Of a stretch of DNA of 64,000 nucleotides, positions 1 to 33,700 are shown in pieces; the first letter of the stretch is position 1, and every line of letters starts with the position of its first letter. The notes under the pieces were generated by a model. It was not told the origin of the DNA. It searched no databases and was given only the letters and a program-made list of their open reading frames with translations. The position numbers and the translations under genes are program-made. This stretch comes from Antedon mediterranea (Eukaryota; Animalia; Echinodermata), in NCBI RefSeq assembly GCF_964355755.1, contig NC_092671.1, positions 5,022,001 through 5,086,000 on the forward strand, in the 5' to 3' direction.

Positions 1-22
1 AACTTTTTCCTCTCCCTTATAT

Positions 23-47
23 CATGGAGAAATAAGATTTCTCCATT
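23..47. mobile_element. P-element-like excision footprint or minimal TIR hairpin
   Basis: CATGGAGAAATAAGATTTCTCCATT between perfect 7-bp direct repeats CTTATAT (16-22, 48-54). Confidence 0.65.
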
Positions 48-1149
48 CTTATATCAAATTATAAAACTGCTACAGCCAACTCCTGCGACTTTTTTTTTTT
101 TTTTTTTTTTTTGGTCTTTTGTTTTTTTCTCAGTTTCGAATGTGGACTGAAGAACACTGCACATGATTATGAGTAAGATTGTTTTATGATTTTAGATCCT
201 GAAATAGAATGGTAGGTTACGTTTATCCACTATAAGTAACAAATCGGCCTTAAATAATGAGCCTATTTTACATCACATTACATCTTTTTGGGGATCTCTT
301 TCAATCACACACTCGGGTGGGTCAATAGATCCTCGGTGGTCCGGTACGGTTGATCTTCCCATTAGGTAGGATGTCCGTCACCATTTTTCAGGAGAGGGGA
401 GGAATTGGCATGGCTGGGATCTTGTCACTATTTATCTTATCCGGTTTTACTGCAGTCACTCCTTAAGTGGGCATCTTAGATCAGTTTTTGTTTCTTATTT
501 CTGCCCTTCAGACACCCCTTTACGATTGCTTTAGGAGTGATCCTCTCCAGTAGTCTAGTCTCAGAACAAAATGCCTTAATACCACGTGGTTTTGATAAAT
601 CATAAGCAAGACGAACATAGGTACATCTGTTTTTATATAAGTATCTATACAAACGTTTTCCTAATTCACCAGAAAGTCCTTTTCCTTTCGGCACGTGGGT
701 GTGGGGATTCCCTTCCGACACGAGAACAAGCTCCCATAGGGAATTCCCCCTTTGGGTAGCGGATCTATCCCATGTCCCTCCTCCCCTTAATTTTGACCGG
801 ATACGCCTATTGGATACTGCTGTCACCCGCGCCGTAAAAAAAGTTTGTATGCCCCTTACTTATATATTTTTAAAACATAGAATGCTCATAACTTTTTTAC
901 AATGCAGTTAAAAAAATCAAATTGTGTGACATCGTTTTTCGTCATCAAAAAACGAATAAAAAAAAGATATATCTCTTTAATTTGTAATATGGTGGCTGGT
1001 AAACAATTGTCAACGTGTCCAGAATTACAAATTGTCAATACAACATTCAAAAGTAAATGTATAGTATTATATGATTAAAAATGTATTTAAAAGCATCCGA
1101 CATTATTTACGTTACGGATGTTCAAATTGTCGTGCTTTATGAAAACAGA

Positions 1150-1320
1150 GGGGTGAGGTCGTCGGAACAGCCAATTTACTTAGGCTTGCTTTGATTACAC
1201 GGTGCGCGAGTCTCCGGTGGTCGTATTCACCCAAGCTGTGTTACGTTTGTATGGCAAGAAATTATTGTTAATTTAGCGTCCTGCACATTTTCTTGGTAAT
1301 AATATTACTTATTTCAAAAG
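1150..1320 (+). promoter_or_regulatory. Probable UBE2E promoter and non-coding first exon
   Basis: CpG-rich patch in AT-rich DNA, CCAAT at 1171, strong donor AAG|GTATGT at 1320/1321, and acceptor TTTTTCACAG at 1730 just before the ATG exon. TSS position is inferred. Confidence 0.5.
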
Positions 1321-1735
1321 GTATGTTGATCTATAAGTATCAAAGAATAGGATGGCTGAGAACCATGGTCGTATGTTTTGTGTTTCTTTTGTAATAAAAA
1401 CATTTTACGAAAGTGATTCGATTGGGACTTGGATGTGTTGTTGATTTCTCAGCAGTGCAGTGCGGTCAGACGTCTAGTCAGACCCTGCAAGAATTACTTC
1501 AATAAAAACACTTTTTTTATATAGAAAAGTTTATCATTGGATTGAATAAGAATAATATTAAAAGAATTAGCCCTTCAATTAAATCCTTTAATGTGCAAGT
1601 TGTTTTAATGTGCATTTTTTACATGTCATTTTTTCTTACTAAGTGGTTGCTCGCTCCCCACTTGCCCAGATCGTGAGGTCGTCTGAGTTGAGACATCGTC
1701 AGGTTGACATATTTCTCCTTTTTTTCACAGAAATA

Positions 1736-23352
<21,617 letters not shown>

Positions 23353-25771
23353 CATTTTATTGCGGAGATAAAACTCTCAAATATATTGATTAAAAAAGAC
23401 ATTTTAACTTTTAAAAATAAATCTTACTTGCCAAGCTTATAAAAGTGAAGTTGCGAGGAAAGTGGGATATAAGAAACAATGTTAAGATTAAAAACGCATG
23501 GATTTACGCAAGTTGTTTTATTACGTGGTGTTATTTATCGAGGTACGTCAACTCACATGGAACAGGCGGTTATGTTTTGACAATGCCATGAAGTTAAATC
23601 GCAATTAACCCAGCCATATAAACAGATAATTATTGGTTGAGGTTTGTCGTTCATTTTGATGTTGTACGCAACGCCATGGAGTCAACTCACAATTTTTACA
23701 ATGTTCGTGTTATGCGTAGCAATATGAAGTAATTGCTATCATCAACTCATATGGAACAGATAATTATTGGTTTTATCGTGCGTATCTTCATCACCTACAT
23801 TGCAAAAAACGAAAGAAGATTGTATTGCGATATTGCACAGTTCTATGGTAACATAGGTTTACTTGGTCGTTAAGTTTAATCAATGTGCTAATTTCATATG
23901 TAAATAAACACTTGCTTCTTACTTTATAAATACTTAATAATCTACAGTAGATGTTAACACAATATAATACGATTTATGTCTTTCTGTGTGGTAATTCCTT
24001 ATAATACTAAAACTGGACTCCAGAAGCAAAATTGTTTTTATATGTTTTTGAATGACTAGAAAAAAATACCAAAATATCTATTAGGATTATCCAAGTTTGA
24101 TGGTAACCAGAATGTTATTATTTTCAAATGAGGATGTTTAATTAAATTGTTTTTCATACAGAAATTGGTTGTTTATATTAAAGGGGAAAAGTGCATGTTC
24201 AATATATTTGAGACTGATTTTAAAACCCTCAAGACAAAACATATTTCTTTATCTGTAATCTTGCTTTAATATTTTTTGGTAATAATTCATTTTAAATCTG
24301 AAAAAAAAGTGGATAATATTGTAATTAAAATGAAGTAAATATGATCAATAACTTTATAATAAACTAATGGAACAATCTCTCATTTACGGTAGTAAATTTA
24401 AAGCTAATTTTAATAGGTATTTTAAAACACTGAGATGTTTGATACATTAAATAGTGGTTTTATAACATAATATATACATATAACTGCTTTTTATCTTTGC
24501 TATCCTTTATACCTCTCAAAAGAAAAAAAAAGAACCTGAAAGAAAAAAAAAGAACCTGGGAAGCAGAATTCATTTAACAATAATGTTAAAATGATTTCAA
24601 TCTAAATTTCAATCTAAATTTCAATCTTGTGTATAGAATAGACGTACAGATTTTAATTTGTTTTATTTATGGTAATGTAAAGCCTCCGCAAAACAAGAAA
24701 ACAGTAATCAATATTATTTCTTTAAAAAATGTGTGTAATATTTGTTAGAAATAATATTCTGAATTTATTATAGGCTAATGATTAACTCTCAGTTACTGGA
24801 AGTGAATCAATTACATTGTTAAATTTCTTTTTTTGTCATATTATGTCAAGTTCAGTAGATTTTAAAATTTATTTCACTATAAAGAGCAGTAAACACTTAT
24901 CTTGTATTATACACCAACTACCATTTTCCTAGTAATAACATAATTTATGTCAAAATATTTAATCATGATGATGCTATTTCATTGCTTAAAGTATGTACTT
25001 TTAATGTTGATTGGTAGATTTTTCAGTTTTTTGTACACCGTAACAAGAGATACCTTTACTTAGAAAGATTTTGGTCATTTTACAGCAAAAGTTTGAGGTC
25101 ATTTTTCTTTGTGTAAATTGGCTAGAAACCAATATAATTTTTGTAGGTAAGCGATACAAAAAAAAACATGATTATTCATTATATTCCTCTATATTATTGA
25201 ATGCATTCGATCGTACGTAAGAATTAACCTAAAATTGGCTAATGAAAATGCTTTCCATCTAGTTGTCTGTGTACATAGGCAAATGGTTTGTACTCTATGC
25301 TTTGTATGTGATTTACAGAGTTCCAAGCAACGCTTTTTTTCTCCATAGTGAAAGATAGGTTTTATTATGATGGTTAGGTTTAATATATAACATTATGCTC
25401 ATGGTCACCGGATACAAATAATGAATAAATCATGATTTCTGCGTCGCTTATCTACAAACAAAATTGGAAATGTCTGAAAGCTTTTTTGCACATTTCCCAC
25501 AATGCAACGTGCTAAAATGAATTCCTCATTTAACCAAATGAAAGGTTGGTAGTTAAAAAATGTGAGAATTGATGAAAACTTTTTTTTTTAACCAGGTAGT
25601 ATTATTAATCAAGTATAATATTGTTTTATTTACATTTTTTATATTGTTATGAAAATGTAATCACTTTGTAATTATAAAGAAGGCGGTGTAACTTTGTGTA
25701 ATTAATCGTGCTTCCATCCACACTGCTTAGATCATTATGTACCTTAATTACGTTCCATTTTCTGGTGCTAA

Positions 25772-25910
25772 AGCTCTGTCTACACTATCAACTTTATGTG
25801 ACAAAAGTATGTGATGTGCCCATATATGGACACGATAATGTCATATCACTACCATATTTGGGCACATCACACTTTTTTTGTCAAAATAGTTTGATAGTGT
25901 AGACAGAGCT
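25772..25910. mobile_element. Harbinger-type MITE family A copy
   Basis: Perfect TIRs AGCTCTGTCTACACTATCAA / TTGATAGTGTAGACAGAGCT, flanks TAA/TTA. Confidence 0.88.
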
Positions 25911-28275
25911 TTAGCTATTTAGGAATTGACCAGAACCCAGGACTTGTTCAAATAAGGCAATCAAATTCTCAAAGCAAATATTTCTAATAAACCCATGTAT
26001 AAGCCCACCTGGATGTAATATAATCCAATCCCTAAATTTGAAACCAAATTTTATGGTAAACAAGTGTGTGCATATATGGAAACTACAACCAAATTGTAGG
26101 AGTATTTGAACCATATTTAATTTTTCATGAAAACAAACACACACACACACAAATGAGATGAGCAAATATACATGATATGACTATAATTTTTGTTTTGCAA
26201 AATTGAGTCCTATTTCATGACCCAAAATTCCGCCATTGTGCACAATGGTGATACAAGTTCAGTTTGATGTAATGGGAAAAATTGAAAATGATCGTAGACC
26301 AAAATATACCCTGCTGTCTCTCTTTATGTAGAAATAATGAATGCATGGTTAGAAAATAGTGCTGCACGTAGAGACAGGCATTCATGTATTTGTCACTTGT
26401 TTTGTTTATTCATTTTTTAAAATAATTTTTTACATTGCAAGAGTCAGTGTTGGTTAATAAAGCAATCAATATTGTTATTGAAAAGAATAAAGCAAACAAA
26501 AATAAAATTGATGAAATTTATTTTATGAGTGGTAAAGTTATGCAACATAAGTTCAACATGATACCTACCAAATGTAATGTTCTGTTGGTAAGTAGTATTA
26601 TAGAATTGCAGGATTTGAACTCGTGACCTCTTAACCTCAAAGTCCGTGTCTTTACCATTTCACCATTTCTCGTAACTTGTATTATATCAGTAATATGACA
26701 AAGAAACAAACCCATTGTTTTTAATAACAGAATTATATAAAATATAAATGTCATTTTGTGTATGTAGATAAATGTCCATACATTTGATAATAGGTTGCAT
26801 TTTCTGGCACGATGCCAAAAAAAGACACCTGTTTTACATATTATGTAAATTTAGTTTCCAGGGATTGTAAATGCTGTATGTAAATCAGTTGAATACACAT
26901 TTGATGGCCTACCTATAGTAGCCTACTGCTTTAGTAGTTGGTATAGAAGAAGTGAATTTGAAAGACACATGGAACTATCTAGGAATATCAGATGATAGGG
27001 ACTTCATTTTAGGTTATTTTACACAGCAGATACCTGAACTGTGGTGAGTACAGCATGAATTCAATTTCTACATATGATTTTGTATTGTCATCATCAGGCA
27101 GCAGCTACTCTAGCAGTTATTATTAGGTATGGATGTATGTTCTGTGTACAAATGTATAATATCCTAGGGGGTGAGATTACTATGTTCCTAATAAAGGGAT
27201 ACAATTAATGCATGACTATATTATTATTTTGTCGGAATTGAGGTAAGCCTTCAAACTGACTGGCTGGCAATGTTTCCAAGCATGGGGAGATGCTTCTCAC
27301 CCTGCTATGCACGAATATGCTGTTCAAACATATTAATGTTTGTAGCTTTGTGGTTGAAATACTTGCTTACCAATCCCATGGTAAGCATCATAGTCCCAGG
27401 GTTGTTAAGGTTTCTTCTGGCCAATACATTACCACTACCTATGCTATATATTAGACTTGATATAAGAAAGCATCCTGGTAATTGGGTCATGTATTTAAAC
27501 TGTTAAGATGATGTGAAAATACAAAAAACAAGTAGTCCTATAGGATTATTTTGCTATAAATGAACATCCATTACAGGTAGAACTTTCTAGGTAGAAGTAA
27601 CAATGATCTTAATCCTCCTGGTCACAATCTTAATCATAGTTAATTACACGGAAAACAAAGTACAGATTAGATCGATTTATTCAACCACATGAAAACATCC
27701 AAATTTACATTTTACTGAGAAACATTGACTAGTGGTTAAGTATTTATAATAAAATAACATTATTTATGTGCCACAAAAAAGAAATCAACAAATTTTGCGA
27801 TGGGTTTAAATGTATTCACAGCGAAGGCAGTTGGGTAAAAGAGGTGAAATTACAAATAGAACCATTTTCAGTTTTGAATATGGTAGTGGAGAGGGCTAAC
27901 AAATTTAGTGAAATTATAATTCCTTCCAAATGATCTACCCTTTTCACCCACCTTACACTATCATCCATATACAGTACAAGTTTCAATAAACAATATAGAT
28001 ATTATACAGTTATCTATATGAGTTAACATTGACAACATTTTATTGACAAAACACAAATTAAAGACAACGGTATACAACATCTTGAAAAAATCAAATGATT
28101 CTAAAGGTGAACAAATTCATAGGCACTAATAGGGGGAGGGGGGAATTAGGGGGTGAAAACTACCCCATAACATTAAAATCAAATTGGATGAAAAGAATAT
28201 TAGAATACAAAGAAAAAGCAAAGTCAAATAAACAATTTTGTTCTATTAGATTAGGGGGAGCAAACTACGCCATAA

Positions 28276-28385
28276 AGCTCTGTCTACACTATCAAAGTAG
28301 TTTCTGATGTGCCCAAATATGGTATTGATATGACATCACGTCCATATATGGGCACATCATAAAGTTTGATAGTGTAGACAGAGCT
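28276..28385. mobile_element. Harbinger-type MITE family A copy inside a local tandem duplication
   Basis: Perfect TIRs with TAA on both sides. The neighbouring duplicate unit (about 28145-28250) lacks the insert. Confidence 0.88.
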
Positions 28386-30761
28386 TAAGATTCAGGTCAA
28401 ATTGGATAAAAAGAATATTAGAATACATAGGAAAACCAATTCAAATAAACAATTTTGTTCTATTGCATGCATGCTATTACAGTACGTTTGTTAGAAACCC
28501 CAGCTCAATAAGTCCTACAGATTGCATTGACATCTTCCAGAAATCCCTACAACACCCATATAAAGGCTAACCTAGCCCTGTTCAATTTACCTGGGAAGAT
28601 TCATCTTACTACACTTTATTTTATATAATTTATAATTCAATTACAAATATCTAAAATCTAATATTAACCAATTATTTACGATTTATAATGTATGATTATT
28701 ATAATATTTCCAATTTTATTATATAATTAAATTTGGAAAATTTCTTTCTGAACTTGAAATAACAGTGTTTACTAAATACAAATTGATAAATAAAAAAGAA
28801 ATTTTCCAAACCTGTACATTGTAAATAGAAAACAACTATTTAAAATAGAGAAATAAAACCATCGCACAAATGATAATATGGTAACTGTATTGTAAGCCCA
28901 TCTTTCGGTTTTAGACCTACACCATACCTTAGGAGTCAATTCGGACACAGAGAATAACATGTAGATTGTGTAAGTTTTCATGTTAGTCTTCATTCTACAT
29001 CTTTCTTTATCAGAACTTTCCACATAATCAAATAATATACAGTACAGTACAACCACTCCTTTAGGACACTTCATTGGGTCCTGAAGGTGTCAAGTTATCA
29101 AATAATTGACACAAATGACAACATTTTAGCAAGTACATTTTGTCAAGGGAAATGTTCAGTTTACAACCTCAATAGTAAATTTTTTCTGTTTCTATAAAAA
29201 TATCAAGTTCATTTTTTTTTTTTACAAATTGGCACCAATTGTTAGTGTAACAGTTTTGTAGATTTAATGCGGATTCACACAGAATTTGTTTTGTGTAAAA
29301 GCATAAATAACTGTATGGTACAATACAGTATAAACAAGTATATTAACCAACCCCTTAATTTAGATTTCAGAGTAATTTAGATATGCTTTGAGTTAAAATG
29401 TTTGATCTGTTTAGTCAACTAGGCCTTGGTTTACCACTACAGCAGTCGCAAGGGGTCTAGCGGGACACGCTCCCCACTTTTGAAAGCTAAAACTGACGAC
29501 TGTTAATATAAGCAGCCCCAGTCCTTATTAGTGTTCCCTAGAAATCCTCGTATCATATCAAGTCAATATAAACCGTAGACTCTACAGTCCAAAATCAAGT
29601 ATATTTTAACATCCATAAATGTTGTGGTCAGGCCCAACAAATTAGAAAAACAAATATTGTTGATGTCACTTTAGCTAGCTTCAGCTGCATATTTTATTTG
29701 TACTAATAAAAAAAAAGGAATATGCATATTTGTGTAGGTGTCAACTGTGTTATTTGGCAAAATAATTAAATAAAAACATATTTGAATAGTTTTAGTAGTT
29801 AGTTTTACATTATTAAGGATATAAAAACATAATTAAGCAGGGTATGTTGGAAGCCCATAGCCAGGTTCTTTTTTCCACAAAAGGTGCAAAAATCATTAAT
29901 ATGATCTCTAGGGCACTTCAGGACAAGGGGAGTTTATAGTTTAAATTTCCTGGCTACGGGCTTGCATTGTTAATTAAGTGTTAATAATTGGACACCCATG
30001 CACGCCATTATTTAAGACTCCCCAAAATATAAACAAATGTAATTTTAGTCACCCTTCCTAAAGGCAGTGGCTTGTTGGATAGGATTAGCGGACATTAAAG
30101 AATCTTCCCCACCCGATTCCCACCAACCCACCCCACCCTTTTTTTTCTATTTTACTACTTTTAAAGCAAACATAGTGTCTTATTAATAACTTAAAACTTT
30201 TTTCAAACCTCAATCATCTTCTTTTCCCAACCATTAAAAACGTAAGTTTTTTTTTTTTATCTTACTTAACTTCTTTGCACAACCCAGACACCTTTGGTCA
30301 CCGCACAGTATCTGGTTTTCAAAGTGGTAATACATTTTTACCACTTACTATGTTGAATATTATATTCTAGGCATAGGAATTACAATTGTATGTCCATCTG
30401 CCCTGTGAGGGTGAAGGCATTTACTGTGGCAGGAAGTTCTTTCAAACAGGGTACTGTATTCAGGCCGTAGTAGACACGTGTTTGTATATCACGCATGTAA
30501 TGATAAAATCACATATCCAGTATCTCTTGCAGCATTTACATTACATCTCCAAACGAAATGATTATTCCTTATAACATAACATTGTGAAATAATGATACTT
30601 TTAGATTTAACTTTAAACTTGTGGTCCTTGCATTTATATTCCATTCCAATCGCACCTTCTGTCAAAAATGACCTTCTCTCTTATTTACACCTGTGAGCAC
30701 CAACTCAAGTGGTCAGACAGGTACCGGATAAAATCCCTGAGTGCTTTGCCCATGGAAGCTG

Positions 30762-33700
30762 TTAACCAAACTGGAATGAGAATCCGTGAGGAAAGGAATG
30801 GCCATGATGATGATGGCTATGACCGCCTCCACCACTGAAAAACGCTTGGAAAAGATTATTGGCATCAAAATCTGTAAGAAATAGGATAAAATTTAATTTA
30901 GTAACTGATTTGATTTGTTTTAATATTACTACTAATTAGCTTTGTTCATTGTCCAACCTAATGCCTGCAAAAACAAATTCAAATTTCATCCATAAGATAC
31001 GAACCCATGACTATTTAAACACAGGTCATACCACTAGACCACTGAACTTACTGCTGTTGACAAGCCAAAATTAGCAGGGGTATTATTATACCATGTACTG
31101 ATTCGGTTATAAGCCCGCCCACAACTCTGTAATAATTTTCATGTAAAACCAGCACATTTTGGTACTCGGGAATAAGCTCACACTGCCAAATTAAATGTAA
31201 AAATCCAATTGTGTAGATTAAACTTTTGAATATTTTTCATTAACGTACCTGCAAACCCATTGGACATATCTTCCAAATCTTGGCCTGAATCATAGCGATA
31301 TTTTTTCTTAGCGTCTGATAATATATTATACGCTTCACCGACTTCCTTAAACTTTACCTCCTCCTCTTTTCGTTCCTCTACTGATTTGCTAGCATGACGA
31401 TCTTTAAAAAAAAAACCAAAACATGGTTTTCAGAACACACTTTGAATACTTATATACTTTCAATATTTGTTTAATACCTACTGTATCTCTACTAAAGTAA
31501 ACTTCTTGTAAATTAATTAGCATCTTTCACCTTAAAATATATATAATATGTGTAAGAGATAGGCTTCTTCAACATAATAAATATTATATAACATTAATTT
31601 TGTAAATAAAAATGTTTAACTGACCTGGGTGGTGGAGTAGAGCATGTTTCCTGTATGCTTTCTTGATTTCGTCCTCATTTGCATTTTTACTAACCGACAG
31701 AATCTTGTAATAATCCTTGCGTTTACTTTTTTTAAGTTCTAATTTTGCGTCTTGAAGCAACATCCGGTGTTCTAAAAAATTAAGTAATGTTTAAAGGCTG
31801 GCCTGATAATGGTAATTTGTAAGCATATGCTTAAAAAGATGGTTAGAACATCGTGGTACATTTTATTATACAGCAAATAGTTAAAATGGTTTTAGACTTT
31901 TATAGAAGCTTATAAAATAGTACCACAGTAGAACCCCTATTAAGGGGACACCTTTATATGGATGCACCCAAAATAGCGGTTGACTCTATATTGGTCATTT
32001 TTTATTTCAGTGTCCCCTTAATAGTGGTGTTCCCTAAATAAGAGTTGACTCTATATTGGTCATTTTTTATTTCAGTGTCCCCTTAATAGTGGTGTTCCCT
32101 AAATAGGAGTTGACTCTATATTGGTCATTTTTTATTTCAGTGTCCCCTTAATAGTGGTGTTCCCTAAATAGGAGTTGACTCTATATTTCCCTTTGTTTAT
32201 TTTATAGAAAAGCATCCCTTTAATAAGTGTGTCCCAAAGGAGGGTTCAGGCCTCGAATTTTACCGCGGCCAGTGCCGTCGGTGCCCTCCCAGTTGGCCTC
32301 AATGCCCACTACTGGCCTGCCCTTTTTTTTGCGTTGGCCGCGAGTGCCCTTCCCGAGTTTTACCACAATAAAAACCACTGAATTAGATAGAAAATAATGT
32401 CAAGAAGATTTGTTTACACGACTCGGACGAGACGCAAAACTATCGCCTGTCTTCGTTGCAAGGGGATTTCCCTAAACGCATTTATTAATACACAACAAAC
32501 AGTAAACAAAACCTCGAACATTGCAATAGGGTAACCAAAACAATATCATCCCGGCCGCCGTGCGTGGTAAATCATGGTATAGATAGTACATTAAAATACA
32601 GGGGTGTAAACTTTTAATAATCAAGCTAAAAACGTTCCTCGATCGGAGGTTACTGAAAGTAATAATCGAGCTAGTCGCCTTCGATGAAAAAAATATTACA
32701 CGCACTCCTAGCTAGCCTAGCCTATCCTCCCGCCGCTCGCCGATCCGGTCGAAACACACGCAATTCAATGCATTGGGAAAACAATTCTATTTGACGCACA
32801 CGCACCCTCTGATAAGAAATTTCACACACAAAAAACGTCGTGTGGTGAGAGTACCACGTACGCGCGAAGGATCGGTGGTGGTGGTGGATCGTTGGAAAAA
32901 CAATTCCTTTTGACGTACACGCACCCTCTGAGAAGAAAATACCATGTGCGTTCCTGCATGGTGTAGTCCATTATACGTGTAAAATTAGGGGTGATTACCT
33001 TTAGCACCAAAGTTAAACCTGCACCTCAACCCGAAGATCGTTGGAAGTATATCATATTTATATTTTATCGCACCCACCTCAATAATCCAGCAGACAGATC
33101 ATCGAAAAATCTTGTTTAACAACGTCGTACACTAAATTACCAAACGCGTTTTTACCGAATTCAAGGAAATGGTATAGTCCAGAATACACGTGCCGAAGGC
33201 TAAACAGAGAGAGAAAGGGGTTGGTGTCCGTCCGTGTTTTGAATTCTTATAAATATGGGTTATACTATTGTAACAAAAAAGCTTCAGAAATCGAGACTCG
33301 GAAAATAACTATAATTTATATTCTACTACATAATGTAATTGGCTTGATTTTTACCGTGGTTAACACTCTGTGTATGAATAGTTGTAGGTAAGGCCTACAA
33401 ACAAATTGTTTTTGTATCATGTTTTCTCCGTCGGCTGCTAGCTAAGTAAGGCTGAGTAGCTTGCTGTTGGAAGGGTTTTTATACCTGTTCCGGGCCTTAC
33501 TTGGTTGGCTTCACATGCCTTTTTATCGCATTATTTGAAACTAAACGAAACATTCAACACAGGACGGTAAACTATAAACGCTGAACATCGTACCTATTTA
33601 TTATTTATATAGATCGTAAATACACGTAATATTTATATGAAATACAAAAAGATGTATTGTAGACAGTCCTACTCCTACTACTCCGCGATCTGATGAATAG

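Noticed and set aside
476-826. 116-aa minus-strand ORF and nearby poly-T (89-112)
   Set aside because: No recognisable domain, non-ATG start, no splice partners or TSD found. It may be a decayed retroelement but this cannot be supported.
27270-27506. Overlapping ORFs between UBE2E and DNAJC7
   Set aside because: Short, with no homology I recognise and no consistent exon chain.
27992-28020. Additional P-like footprint (AATATAGATA...TATCTATATG)
   Set aside because: The left terminus is mutated and flanks match only 5 of 7. In AT-rich DNA this could be chance.
30995-31050. tRNA genes here and at about 26608-26665 and 48145-48200
   Set aside because: Only partial A/B-box-like similarity with no cloverleaf. 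At most these are SINE heads.
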